Position numbers and translations under genes: made by a program. 64,000 nucleotides of DNA, taken from assembly GCA_030770535.1 (NCBI GenBank), contig JASVEC010000024.1, positions 1-64,000 of the forward strand, in the 5' to 3' direction. Of the stretch, positions 11,050 through 24,473 are shown piece after piece. Below the pieces are notes generated by a model, which saw only the letters and a program-made list of their open reading frames with translations, ran no database searches and had not been told where the DNA came from. Numbering within the stretch: position 1 is the stretch's first letter; the number at the start of each line of letters is the position of its first letter. This DNA comes from Batkoa obscura. Lineage: Eukaryota.

Positions 11050-11571
11050 TTAAGAACGCGAGAAACGAATGAAAAGATTGATTTCTCCAGAATAATCGCC
11101 ATTGTTAATAAGTGGATACCAACATTCAATCATACCAAATTGTTTAATACTAGTTAATGGAACATTTACCATACCTATTAAGTCATTAAAACTTATTTTA
11201 TCATAGTCCATTACTTCTATATGAAGAAAGGCTTTATCATCTGGAACTGGGCTATATAGAGTCATTATTATAGTAAGTTAAATTTTATGAGTAAATTACA
11301 AAGTAAATGTTTGATCCCAAAATGCTTTTGAGCCTGCATTTTTTATTACATTAGTTTTTTCTTTTTTCTTAGCTACTTCAAGATTAACATAAGCATCATT
11401 CTTTCCTTTATTACAGTTAACTTATTAGAATAAGACAAATAAATGAAATTTACCAAACAACCCGTCTTTATTTTTTAGCTTACGTGCTTCAACTAATAAT
11501 TAAAGTTATAATCTTCTCTATATATTGGACAATAACGGCTTACCTACAGTTACTGTTAATGTGCCTTGCAT
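11050..11571 (-). CDS. Small C2-domain-only protein (C2 paralogue A, 4 exons)
   Basis: MQGTLTVTV|VEARKLKNKDGLF|GKNDAYVNL...KTNVIKNAGSKAFWDQTFTF|PVPDDKAFLHIEVMDYDKISFNDLIG; Ca-binding Asp residues present. Confidence 0.9.
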
Positions 11572-11762
11572 TTTAACTTTAATTTTTTCAAAATCTTACC
11601 AACTTAAATACTATTATGTCATCAGAACTCATATTTAGCAAGGTTTGCGCGGTGGAATAATTAAATCATAGTGTGATTGGCTGAATCAATAACTCAAAGC
11701 CAAACTAGCACTATATAGTGATGTAAAATTTATCAATATTTTTTTTAAAATTTTAAAAAATA

Positions 11763-12623
11763 ATGGGAGTAGGAGAATTAAGTATATTAGTAGGTAAAGT
11801 ACACAGTAAAATTATATCAATATATTATTAAACGATTGTTAGTTGAAGCAAGAGAACTAAAAAACAAGGATGGATTTTTCGGTAAATCAAAGTTGAAATT
11901 TGAGTAATTAAACTAAACTTTATAAATAGGAAAAAATGATGCCTATTGCGATATTCATGTTGGTGGTAGAAAAGAAAAAACTTCTGTAATAAAAAATGCT
12001 GGAAAAAAGGCTACATGGAATCAAACCTTTAATTAGTAAGATTTGCTCCTAACTTAATAATATAAATAGCTTATTGTATAAAAAGTACAATAGACGATAA
12101 TGTATCCGAAATTAAAGTTGAGTGTCTAGATTATGATAAAATTTCTACCAATGACCTTATAGGCAAGGTAAAAATCCCACTAAGAGCAGTCAGACAATTC
12201 GGAAGGATAGAGGGTTGGTACCCATTAACCGATAAAGCTAAATTTAGTGGTGAAGTTCATTTGATCATCCAATTCCGAGGACCAAATCAGACTAAACCAC
12301 AAGGAAGTCAGGCATCATATACTAATCACCCTCAGCAAGCCTATCCTCCTCAACAAAATTATGCTCCACCACAACAAAATCAGCCTCCACAGCAAGGTGG
12401 TTATCCTCCACAGCAAGGTTACCCTCCACAGCAGGGTGGTTACCCTCCACAACAAGGTTATCCTCCACAGCAAGGTGGTTATCCCCCACAACAAGGTTAT
12501 CCTCCACAACAAGGTTATCCACCACAACAAGGTTATCCTCCACAACAAGGTTATCCTCCACAGCAGGGCTATCCACCACAACAAGGAGGTTATCCACCAC
12601 AGGGTGGTTACCCTCCACAATAA
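11763..12623 (+). CDS. C2-domain protein with C-terminal (G)GYPPQQ repeat (C2 paralogue B, 4 exons)
   Basis: [32 protein letters not shown]...[46 protein letters not shown], then ~12 GYPPQQ units. Same intron positions as paralogue A. Confidence 0.9.
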
Positions 12624-12632
12624 GGTTATCAA
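12330..12632 (+). repeat. Coding tandem repeat (18/21 nt, GGTTATCCTCCACAACAA-like)
   Basis: Directly visible; explains the spurious overlapping ORFs in other frames. Confidence 0.95.
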
Positions 12633-13347
12633 CCAAAAAATAGTTTTCTAACTTTATTGACAATTTCGAAAGCAACTAAATTTTAATATAACATATATAT
12701 ATATATAGTCATTATATATTAAAGAGGATTTTGATACTGATTTAGTTTTATTTAATCAAATATAACATTTTATTATGTATACAATTTTTTCTAATATATG
12801 TGCTTATAGTGGATTGATATAATAGTTGGATAATTTATTTTATGCGATTTTAATCAAAATAGTAATTATCAATGTTTAAAAAACATAGTATAAAATGTAC
12901 TTTAAAAATGTAAATACTAATCCTATTATATTTTAATATCCATAATTTAATAAATATGACTTTTTTGAGCCACTATTATTGTTTGATAATGATTTTATAG
13001 TTTGTGATTAGTTTTTTTGTTTATAAATATTAATAATTTTAAATGGTATTGAAGTTTAATCATATTAAGGTATTAAAAAGCGTAATTCATTAGAACAATA
13101 ATAAGATATACATTTTTAAATAAATACTGTTAATTTTTAGACATCTATATTTTTGCTCAAATATCTTAGTATTTCATTATGAATTGTTATAATTTTATCA
13201 ACAATTATTATAAAAGTTCAGATCCTAACTTTTGTTAATTAATATTGAACTATTTTTATTCACTAGTTATAACAGTATACAAACTAATATTGAGTTATTT
13301 TATAATAATAAAAGCCAATATTATTTTTTTCAAAAATAAATTTATCC

Positions 13348-13554
13348 ATATGGAGATGATTTTTGTATTTAAGAATTTTACTAACAATTTTTCCACTTAA
13401 ATAGTGCTCAAAAGATGGAAAAAGTAATGAAGTCAAAAAAACATCTCCATATGGGGATGTATTTTTGTGTCTAAGAATTTTACTAACAAATTTTCCGCTT
13501 AAATAGCGCTTAAAAAATGGAAAAATAATGAAGTAAAAAAAAACACTCCCATAT
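13348..13554 (+). mobile_element. Two MITE copies in head-to-tail tandem sharing one ATAT junction
   Basis: atatggagatg...acatctccATATggggatgt...acactcccatat. Confidence 0.92.
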
Positions 13555-14043
13555 ACTGTCTTTAAATAGCTATTATACCTAGTTCGACATGTTGTCTTTA
13601 TATATGATTTATCATGTTCTTATTCATGAGTTCCTATGTATATGGAGCTTTTTAAAATCCTAATATTTCTTGCTGTATTTTAAGTGACCTAATTCTTGTA
13701 CAAGTTATAAATATTATTTATCTATAAACAATACATTGGTTTTATACTACAAATTTTCTCTTTTATTACGTAAATAAATTTATTCAAATAATGATAGTAA
13801 TAGCTTAAATAAACACACTATTTTATAATATACAATTAATCAATAATATTGAAAAATATTTTTATAAGCCCTGATAAACAAATAAAATAATTTTATTTAA
13901 TTTAATAATATTATATTATATGACTTTACAAACTTCAATTTTTAATGATATAATCATTTTTAAAGTAAAATTTATTTCGCAAAAAAAGTATAAATTTCAA
14001 ATTTACTGCAAAAAAATCTTTTACTTTTTAAAAGTTAATAAAA

Positions 14044-17000
14044 ATGAGTTATCAAGGTACTAATAATAAGAAATAAGAAATAAGAAATAAGTTTAATTGA
14101 AATTAAAAAGAAAGAGGACATCGTAGAAACAATCGTTATAACGGAAACAGAAATAATGGTATTTGATTTCTATTTTTTTCTGATCCTTTGATTTACTTTT
14201 TAATAGATAATAAAAGGGGTAGATACGATAATGATCGTTCAAAAGTAAAAGAGGAGCCAATTTTAACTGAAGAACAAAGTCTTAAAGCAAGATTGTCTAT
14301 GTTGATTCTTAAAATTGGAGACAAAGTAAGTTATAGAATAGAATAGAATGCTAATTTATTAAAATTATTCCTATTATTAGGCAAGTTCAACTTTTCAAAA
14401 GAATTTAGAAATTCTTTCCAAGGTTTTAGTCAAAGATTATGAAAGTTATTCAGATGCAATACTTAACTTTTTACAAACTTGGTACGTGTTTTTTTATTCA
14501 AGTATTCGATTATTAATTATTATTAGTATACTTGAACTTCCTTCAAAAACTAGTATTTATGGTTGTTTAATTGGATTTACTTTAAAACGTAATGAAGAAG
14601 TTGGCAAAGCAATTATTGAGCATTTTAGAAATGAACTTCAAAATAGATTGAATATTGGAGATTGGGTTAATGTTAAAATCTTGGTACTTAATTTTATTTA
14701 TGAAATTATGTAATATTAATAATATTTAAGTTACGTTTTTTTGGTGAATTAGTAAACGGAGAAGCTGTTACTCCTGATTCTTTTTTAAATATTTATGATT
14801 TACTCAGTGCTAAAATTGAAAATAAAATAGAAAAAGTAAGAATAATAGTAAATAGATATAAATTAGTATTAATATAATTTTATAGAATATTGGTGATTGT
14901 ATGGTTAATTTAATTTTAGGTTCATTACCTTGGGTATTTATTTATAAAAATAGTTGAATTATAAAATAACATAATTTTTAGGTTGGAGAAACACTTTACA
15001 ATACTAAACCTGAAGAATTAACAAAAATTATGGATAAAGTTGAAATTTATATGCTTACTAGATCTCAACAAGAGGATCCAAGTAGTAATATTTTAAAAGT
15101 ATTTCAAGATAGTAATCCAGACCAACATGAAGTAATAATATATATAAAATCAAGTTTATAATTAATAAGAAATAGTTTTTAGAACTTTTATGGAAACAAA
15201 TTAATAATCTTAAACAACGTAATTGGAAAGTAATAATCATTTAATATTTAATATTTAATAGTAAATATAATAATTATTAATATTTAATTCAATTAGGTTG
15301 AGGAATTACTTCGATTTAAATCAACTGTCGAATCTCAAGTTCTACCTGTAATTTATAATTATAATAATCATTACTGTTTAATGTTAATATTAATTTATAT
15401 ATATAGATTACTATTGCTGAATTATCACTTCCAACTGAGTTCAATAAGTTCAGTTATGATTATCCTAATTATGTATTTACTTTATTCCCAGAACACGAAG
15501 ATTGGGTAATAATACTATAATATAAGTTAATATCATTTATTAACAATTTAACTTTTAGATTTCTGAAATAGGTTATTATATTATTACGGATACTATGAGT
15601 GACTCTATTGATATCTTTCATACTAACCGTAGAGAATGTGTTCGTTTATTAGTTAATTTTAGAGAAAATTTTACAAGCACTACTTTTGCACCTTTAACAA
15701 GTGATAAAACTAAAATTAAAGATGAACTTAAAGATGAAGATAATGGAGATGATCAAGATAATAGATTTAATGGTCAAATTAATTTAATGAATTTGATAAT
15801 TGAAGTAAATTATGATATTATTTATATTTTATTATTATCAATATTTTATATTATTTTTAGGTTTACTTTAAAAAAATATTTACTTTACCTGCGCCAAAAC
15901 ATAAATTTATTTATTATTCAGCATTAATAATTGAAACATTTAAAGCAGAGCAAGTTGATTTTAAAGCAGCATTTAATATTGGATTAAAGAATTTGATTGA
16001 TAAAGCTAATGATATGGATATTGAATGTATTGATCGATTTTATAATTGGTTTTCACATTATTTAAGTAACTTTGAGTATAATTTTGAATGGGAAGAATTG
16101 TAATATTTTTAATTTAATATATAATATATAATATTAATTTATAATTTATTTAGCTCAAACATTAATGAATTAAATCCTTTTGATTATAAAAGAATGTTAA
16201 TTTCTGAATCTTTAGCTAAGATTATCAGGTATTTATTTATATTATAGCTTTTGCTTTATAATTTAGTTTTTTTAATTAGACTTTCTTATTATGATCGTAT
16301 TAAAGCAACTTTACCTGAATCCTTACATGAACTTATTCCACAAAAGGCGCCTGAACCTAATTTTAGTTTTAGAAAAGTTCCAGATGGTAATTATAATCTA
16401 ATGAATTAAGTAGATAAATATAATATTTATAGATGCTCCACATAAAAGATTTTGTACATTAATTGTAGAAGCTTTTAGAACTAAAAAATCAATTGATTTC
16501 TTTAATGCTTTAATTAATGATGCTAGAGATCAATTACTTGATGAAACTTTAATTAAACAAATTGTTGTTGAAACCATTCTTATTATGGGAAGTAAAAGTT
16601 TTACCCATATGATGAATGTAACTGAAAGGTAATTTAATTTAGTTTAATTTAATTTGAAATGATTGATTAAAAAAAAATTATTTTCATAGAAATCTTAAAT
16701 TATATCAAGAGATTGCAAGAGAAGAATCTGATAAACAACAAACTGTATCAATTGTTGGTAACTTTTGGAAAGAAAACCCACAAGTAATTATACCATTATT
16801 TAAATAGAATTTAATAGTTAATTTATTTATTTATTTAGTGGCTTTCTATTCAATTAAATCGACTCTTATCTTATCATATTATTGAACATATTACTGTCAT
16901 TAAGTGGATCTTTGAAATTGAAAATTATGATAATTATAATAGGTAATTTATAAATTAATTTAATATATATATATATATATAATTTTATAATAGATGTTAT

Positions 17001-17616
17001 TTATGGGAAATATTATATACTACTCTCAATACAGTTCGACTTTGGAGAGATCAACAAAAAGAAAAATATGATCAAAGTATAAATAATACTTCGAATGATG
17101 GTAATAAATTTAAATCACAATTTATAACTTATAATAATATTAATAATAGATAATGAATCATCTGAAACATTATTGGCTCAATATAATAATGCTCAAAATG
17201 ATTATAAAATGGTTTTATTTGAAATTTTACAAGTAATTAATATTAATATTAATATTATATTAATATAATTAACAAATAAATTAGAGTTTTGTTACTGTTT
17301 TAACTAATCTTAGAAGTAAATTATCTGGAGATGGACAAGTACCTGAAGAAAATGAACTTTATAATTTAATTGTTGGAAGATTTAAAGAATTTGGACGTAA
17401 AGTAAGGTTTTTAAAATCAATTATTTAATAAGAAATAATGAAATTAATTAATAACTATTTTTATAGTGTCGTTCTGACATTAAAGAATTTAATGTAACTA
17501 TTGAAACAATTATATTTACACCCTCCGTTGATCAAGAAATTCGAGATATATTTAAAATGTTTCAAGGTTTAAATAACTCTATTTTTATTGATGTTATTTC
17601 AAGTAGTATTGAATAA
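14044..17616 (+). CDS. CBP80: Nuclear cap-binding complex large subunit (Cbp80/NCBP1), ~22 exons
   Basis: Spliced motifs ILELPSKTSIYGCLIG, VKILLRFFGEL, DRFYNWFSHYLSNFEYNFEWEE, RLSYYDRIK, GSKSFTH. About 21 GT-AG introns traced by eye. Confidence 0.9.
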
Positions 17617-17654
17617 GTAATTACTATTTTTGTAATAAAAATAAAATATAAAAT

Positions 17655-17751
17655 ATAATGTATTCTTTTCAAGAATTTTACTAATAATTGTTCTATTTAA
17701 ATAGTATTTAAAAAATAGAAAAAGTGATGAAATTAAAAAAACACCCTCATG
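17655..17751 (+). mobile_element. Degenerate MITE copy
   Basis: aagaattttactaataattg...aaaagtgatgaaattaaaaaaacaccctcat. Confidence 0.75.
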
Positions 17752-17869
17752 TTATTATTATTTTTAATTAAAAATTAAAAAATTAAAAATAGAATTATAT
17801 ATATATATATATATGTTATAAAATAGAATAAAATCAAGTTTAATAAAAGGAAGTAATAAAGAAATGGGA

Positions 17870-18609
17870 TCAAGATAGATAAGGAAGATGAAGCAAACTT
17901 TTTGTTTTTTGATTATTATTACTTAAATAAAAATTGGTTTGTTTTTCACTTAAAAGGTATTCCGATTCATCAATATGTTTCATGAATAAACTTGATTTCA
18001 TTTTATTTATTAAATTTACTTTTCTTTCACCAAAGGTAAATGAATTAGATTTATTTCTTGATAAATTAAAATGAAATTTTAATAAAATATTACCACAACC
18101 TTTAAACCCAGTTTCAGTAGATAACTCATACAATTGTTCAAATTGAGTCATTAATTGAATTAAAGAAATTGGTATACTTTCAGTACTTCCAATTAATTTA
18201 TCACATGCTAATAATTTATATTCATATACTTTAAATTTCATAATTGTATCAAGTGTATAAATGGGACTAATAAAAATATTAAAACTAGATTAATTTATAA
18301 AATATTAAAAGTTACATTTGAAATTTAGTATCCCAATTTAATATCATGGCTTGATTTTTTTTAATTTTACTTTTCAATTTTTGATTTTCAATATCTAATA
18401 CTGTATAAACATAACCTTGACCTTAATATAAATTAAGTTACTTTGATTTAAAATCAATAATAAAATTTACCAAATAAACTGGACTCAGTTAATAAATCTT
18501 TAGTATAAACTAAAATATTAATATTATTAATATGTTTTGCTATTTTATTACAAGTTAATATACCTATAGATACAGAAATAGAACCTATTATTTTATTATT
18601 ATTAAGCAT
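17870..18609 (-). CDS. Divergent C2-domain protein (C2 paralogue C, 4 exons)
   Basis: MLNNNKIIGSISVSI|VYTKDLLTESSLF|GQGYVYTVL...LNWDTKFQ|...MKFKVYEYKLLACDKLIG. Same three intron positions as A/B, but most Ca-binding Asp lost. Confidence 0.75.
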
Positions 18610-19015
18610 CTTATATTAACAAAAATAAAAAATATTAAAAAAAATTCATTCATTCTTAAATACTCAATTTTATACTTTTTATTATTAGTATTAAAGTACA
18701 ATGACTATTAAAGTATATTAATTCCAACAATATATAAATAAAAAAATAAAAGGGAGGGAGATTGTTTAAATTTTACTAAATGAAGTAATTCAGTTTATTA
18801 AAAATAGTAATTAATTTTCAATTTCAATAAATAAAATAGAATATAAAATGTAAAACGCTAACAATGAAATGAACCTGCATAAAATAAACAAGTATAATAA
18901 TAAAAATCTAATTAAATTTAATATAAATAAAGTAGTTTGATTCCAAATGTACATTTATTTTAAAAAAAAATAAAATTTTATCCAAAATATTATTATGTTA
19001 ATAAAATTATCATTA

Positions 19016-19987
19016 TTATTCTTCTTCTTCTTTACTATTTTCCTCTAATTTTTTATCTTTAATATAATTTTTCACATGACGATGACAATATTTAACTTTC
19101 TCTTTTACTAAAGGCTCATTATAATAATTTTGAATTAAATTATAAAAAAACTGATAATAAAATAATAAATTATCTACATTCCCTTGGATCTTATATTTCT
19201 TAATTAATTCAAAATAAATTAAATAAATAGCTTCAATTGTAGCTAAATAACTACTATCATATTGTTGATAACGCCAAAATATAGTAGAATAATTATTATC
19301 TAACTTAATTGCTTTCATTTTTGTTAAACTAGGACTAGATTTAATGATTTTTTTTGCTTGAGTCCATGTACCTTCTATTACAACTATTCGTTTATATGGT
19401 ATTTCCATTTCATTATCTTCCATTTTTAAATCTTTAATTGAAGTAGCTGTCTATTTAAAATATTAATTATTAATTAAAATTTAAATAATATCAAAAATAA
19501 ATAAATAATCAGTTACCGCACTTGGAAATAATAATAAACATTCTTCTGGATTATCAAATTGATTTTCATCTACTGGAAAATTAATCACTTCAGTATCTTC
19601 AGTTGCTAATATTTTAGCATGAATACCAGTAGATTTACTATTTAATTCTTTTGGATGTTTGATACTAAAAGAATAAACTTAATAATTTTATTATTATTAA
19701 AATAAATTAAAAATTAAAAATTATTAAAAAGATTTATACAAAAAAAAAAAAACTTACATAGTAAGTGGTAATGGTAATCTTAATTTGGGTACTAAATGTT
19801 GATATTCTCCAATATTTTTATAACATTGATAACAATAATATTTAACAGATAAATTACATGTACTACATTTAGTTCGTGTTTCATTAGATTGAGTTGTATC
19901 ATGAGCATTATAATAAGGGGCTAAAAAATCACTATTGGTTATATTTTTAGCTATATCTAATACAGTTTGATTTTTATTAAGATTCAT
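19016..19987 (-). CDS. DTW-domain protein, DTWD1-like tRNA acp3U transferase (3 exons)
   Basis: RTKCSTCNLSVKYYCYQC, LPLPLT-IIKHPKELNSKSTGIHAKILA, LLLFPS, VVIEGTWTQA, FWRYQ...YLATIEAIY, DNLLFYY. Confidence 0.88.
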
Positions 19988-20123
19988 TTTAATAATATTT
20001 ATATATTCTATTCTATTTATTCTATATATTTAACTTGTATAAAATTAAAATTCTATTAAAATTAAAAATTAAAAATTAAAAAATAATACAAAATTCCATT
20101 TTTATTAAAACTACCAATTAAAT

Positions 20124-21142
20124 TTATTCATTAGTTGATAAAAAGATTAAATTATTGGTTTCTTTAACTGCTAATAAAACAAACATATTCACAATTTCAC
20201 CTGCTTGATTGGATCGATTTTCTTCCAAATTAATAGTAGGTTTATAATAGGCTGTCCAATTAAAAGGTAGTATTCTTACCATCCAAGAACCTACTTTAGG
20301 ATTGTATTCAATTAATTGACCTTTATAGATTCCTTTACAATCCTTTCTTAATGAAGGTAATTTCGATTGATGTATGCCATGTATAAAATTGTCAGGTAAA
20401 TTATCAGGTATTTTTTGATAATTTTTAATATAACTTTCAATTTGAATAAAATAATTAATTTGATTGTATTTTTCATGACGTTGTTGATATCTATTAAATT
20501 CAAATAATTTAATTTTAAAATCATTATACATTTCAATTAATTTGTCTTCATTAAATAATACTTGTTTTTTTAATAAATGATATTTAATTTGCCAATGTAA
20601 AATAATATCAAAATATCTTCTTAGTGGAGATGTAATTTTACAATAACCATCTTGTACACCTAACATAAAAAAAGGTTTTGAAGATAATTGTAATTTATTG
20701 GGTTTCATTATAGCTTTAAAATATAAATAATTAGTAGCTGGTATTTTAATTTTCTTTTCAATAAATTCTTTTAATAATTTTCCTTTAATTAAATCAGATT
20801 GATAATCAGGTGCTTCTTGAGTTATAAAATAAGCTGGTAAATGATATTTTTTAAAATATTTAGCTGCTATATCTCCTGCTAAATTCATACACATAGCTAC
20901 TAAATTTCTTGAACTAGTTTCATTGGAATTTAATATATCAATTGTTAATTTAGGTTCTATTAAATAATTATCATATTTTGGTTGTAAATTAAAATTATTA
21001 TTTTTCATATTATTAACTCTTAATTCAGTATCTATTCTTTCAATTCGTATTCCATTTTTAGCATTAAAGTTATCATATTTTATTATTGAATCTCTTAATA
21101 ATAATAAATCTTTATTAATATTATTATTATTATTAATATTAA

Positions 21143-21179
<37 letters not shown>

Positions 21180-21646
21180 TAATATTAAATCTACTTCGTC
21201 ATAACTTTTTCTAATAATATTTTTTAAAATAGTTGGTGTTATTTTATATTCTTGAATTTCTCCAGTATCTTCATTTAATTTAGCACTAAATGTTAAACTA
21301 AACTTCTTACTGTTTAAATCCCCACCTAAAGAACAAGGACCATGGGCAATTGAATTTGGTAACATTGAATAAGTTTCATGTGGTAAATAAATAGATTGTG
21401 GATGAGATTTTAATTGATTAATTATTTGTTTATTATTATAATCTAATATTGTTGTTGGATCAGCTATATGAATATGAATCCATTTATTATTATTATCTAT
21501 GATTTCTATAGAAATACCGTCATCTATTTCATCTGCAGTTAAATCATCTATTGCATATACTTTTAAATTAGTTTTATCTTCTCGTATTTCTTTATATAAA
21601 TCATTTATATCTTCAAATTTAGTTGGAAATTTAATTATATTAAATA

Positions 21647-21692
<46 letters not shown>

Positions 21693-23216
21693 TAAATTTA
21701 ATTTATAATTAAATTGATTTAAATCTAAATAAGGTTCAATAATACCAATATCTACTAAAAATTGATAACAAAATGAACAATCAATATAATTATAACCTAA
21801 AGGTTTTAATATTTTTGATATATAATTTGAAATTGAATGAGCATTCCCTAATTTATCAGTTAATATAAATTCAAATATTCCTAATATTACTTGAATTTCT
21901 TTTTCATTAAATTGTGGTAATTCATTTTTATTTGTTATTGTCTTCAATTCTCGACTTTTAATCCATTCTTTACTTACTGATATTTCATTTGTTTCTTTAT
22001 AACCAGCACTTAATACATTAAATATATTATTGTTCGATAAATTAGTAATATTATTATATTTATAATTAATTAATAATGAACATTTATCCATAAATTCAAT
22101 ATATTGATTCTCGTTATCTTTAATTTCGACTAATTGTTTTATATTATTAAATAATTCAATTTGTTGTTTATTATAAAAATCAAATGAATTTCTTTTATCT
22201 CCATCAATAAAACAAACATCAAAAGATAATTTAAAACTTAAATACATACCATATAATTCATACCCTTCAATTGAATTTCGATTCATTATTTGTTTACATA
22301 CTTGTTTAATATTAACACTTTTAATTTCTTTTTGTTTACATTGATTTAAATATTGTTGAATTTGATGATGATATTGAAATTGAAATAAATTAGCATCTTG
22401 TTCAATTTGTTTCATTAAATAAACTCCTAATGGGAAATAATTCTTTATATTTTTATTCTTTAATAAATCAATAATAACATTTTCTGCATTTTTGCTTTGA
22501 ATTAATTTTTTACAATATTTACTATTAATAAAATCAGGATATAAAAACTTTAAATTTAAATGACCTGTACGAATTATTGTTCCTTTTTTTGTAATATAAT
22601 AAATATATCCATTTTTAATTTGAAATATAATACCAGTATCCATAGCTGTACCAACTAAATCTCCAACTCTATAATGTTCTAAAGTTACCATAGGTTCTTC
22701 ATCATCTATTATTCTATTATTTTCATTATTATTATTATTATTATTATTATTTAAACAAAGTATCGGATTATCTTCAATTATTTGTAATAATTCATTATTA
22801 TCATTATTTAATTGAATATCTTTCTCTTTTAATAATAATATGGCTGTTTCATCATCATTTTCTTGTACTCCAATAGCTTCTTTTCTATATAAATTATAAA
22901 CTTTAATATCATCTTTTATTTTATCAGTTTCAATTTTATCAAAATCTTCACATATCTGTTGAAAAAAGGGAATATCTAATCCAGGTAAACTATTATTAAT
23001 CTTTTTAAATTCAATATCTTTTTCTTTTTTGGCTGGTTGACTTATATTTTCCCAAGTTAAATATTGATTTAAATTTCGACTATTAAATACTTTTGTTTCT
23101 TTTTTAATATTATCATCATTAATTTTATTACTTTTGTTATTTCTTACATGTCTTAATAAGTTACTTGTGTTATAAATACTTCGTCTATGAATTGTTATTA
23201 TTTTATTTCTTAACAT
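20124..23216 (-). CDS. RNB-domain 3'-5' exoribonuclease, probably mitochondrial (Dss1/Cyt-4-like)
   Basis: VYAIDDLTADEIDDGISI, HIHIADP, SIYLP, ITSPLRRYFD. Basic presequence-like N-terminus; poly-Asn inserts. Confidence 0.88.
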
Positions 23217-23702
23217 CTTTTATTGAATTTCTATTTAAATCTATAAATAAAAAATAAAGATAAAAATTTCAAATTTTATGAATAGCTTATTTTTTTAGCC
23301 AATGAACTTGATAATATTTTATTGAAAATTTTCACATAAAAAAGAATTAATTATTATATAGTTTTTATAACTATATTAAGATATATTTTAAAATAAAATA
23401 ATATTTATAAAGTTATATAAACTTTAAATAGAATGAAAAATAAAATAAAATAAAATAAAAATAAAATAATAAATTGAAACAGTAATTTAATTTTTTGTTA
23501 ATTATTAATTCTTTTTTCTATTACATTAATTAGTTTATATATCTTTATTATTTATTAATATCAAAATTATTTGATTTTTAATTCACTTTATTATTTAAAA
23601 AGAAAACATTAAAAACATTAAAAATAGTTCTAAGTACATCATTTAAAATAAACTTTATAATAAAAACTTTAATATTCTAATTTTTATAAATAACTATTAA
23701 TT

Positions 23703-23808
23703 ATATAAGGATGTTTTTCTTGGCTAAATTACTTTTTCCATCTTTTAAGCGCTATTTAAGTGGAAAATTGTTAGTAAAATTCTTAAATACAAGAATACAT
23801 CCCCATAT
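23703..23808 (-). mobile_element. ~105-bp MITE family copy
   Basis: atataaggatgtttttc...aagcgctatttaagtggaaaa...tacatccccatat. Confidence 0.88.
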
Positions 23809-24473
23809 CTTTAATAATAAAATGAGTTAAACATCTTATTAAAATGATATTTCAAAATCAAAACTCTATTTGAATTAATTGTAAATAATATTTAATAATT
23901 AACTTATATAGTTTTCAATATATATAATGTAATTAAAATAATATCTATATTACATTAATAAAATTATAATAAATAGATAAAGATAAAGATAAAGATAATC
24001 TAATGTCAAAATTGAATTGAATGATTCTAATTTTAAATAATCCGAAAAGATAACTATATAAACTAAATATTAAGTTTAATACAAATTTCATACAATTAAT
24101 ATAAAAATGAAATAGTTTCTAATCAAGTAAAAAAAATTATAATATTATTAACTAAAACTTAGAAACTATTAATATTATTAATAGAATTATTATTAATACT
24201 ATTATTTTTCAATCTTTTTAAAGTATTAATAATCTTAAACCCTTATCTTTAAGAAATTCAAACTCTATTTTTTATAATTAACATTTTAAACAATGTAAAT
24301 TTAAAAATAAAATTTAAATGATACCATCTTAAGATAAGATGATCTAATTTTAAAAAGATGAGGTAGTATTAAGGTGATATGGTATCATAATTAAAAAGTA
24401 TAAAAACAAATTAGAATTATATTTAATATTATAATAAATTATTATTATTATTATTATTATAAATTAAATTAAA

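Noticed and set aside
12061..12090. Apparent +1 frameshift in C2 paralogue B (A5 run)
   Set aside because: Resolved by an AAG acceptor at 12085, matching the equivalent exon start in paralogues A and D.
12315..12675. Three overlapping ORFs (WRITLL, VEDNLV, HNKVIL repeats)
   Set aside because: Alternative-frame and antisense readings of the GYPPQQ coding repeat.
13348..13554. Tandem repeats as a CRISPR or REP-like array
   Set aside because: Eukaryotic context with no spacers or cas genes; the units are dispersed TIR elements.
14044..17616. Possible minor (U12) introns in CBP80
   Set aside because: All traced introns have ordinary GT-AG ends without the RTATCCT donor.
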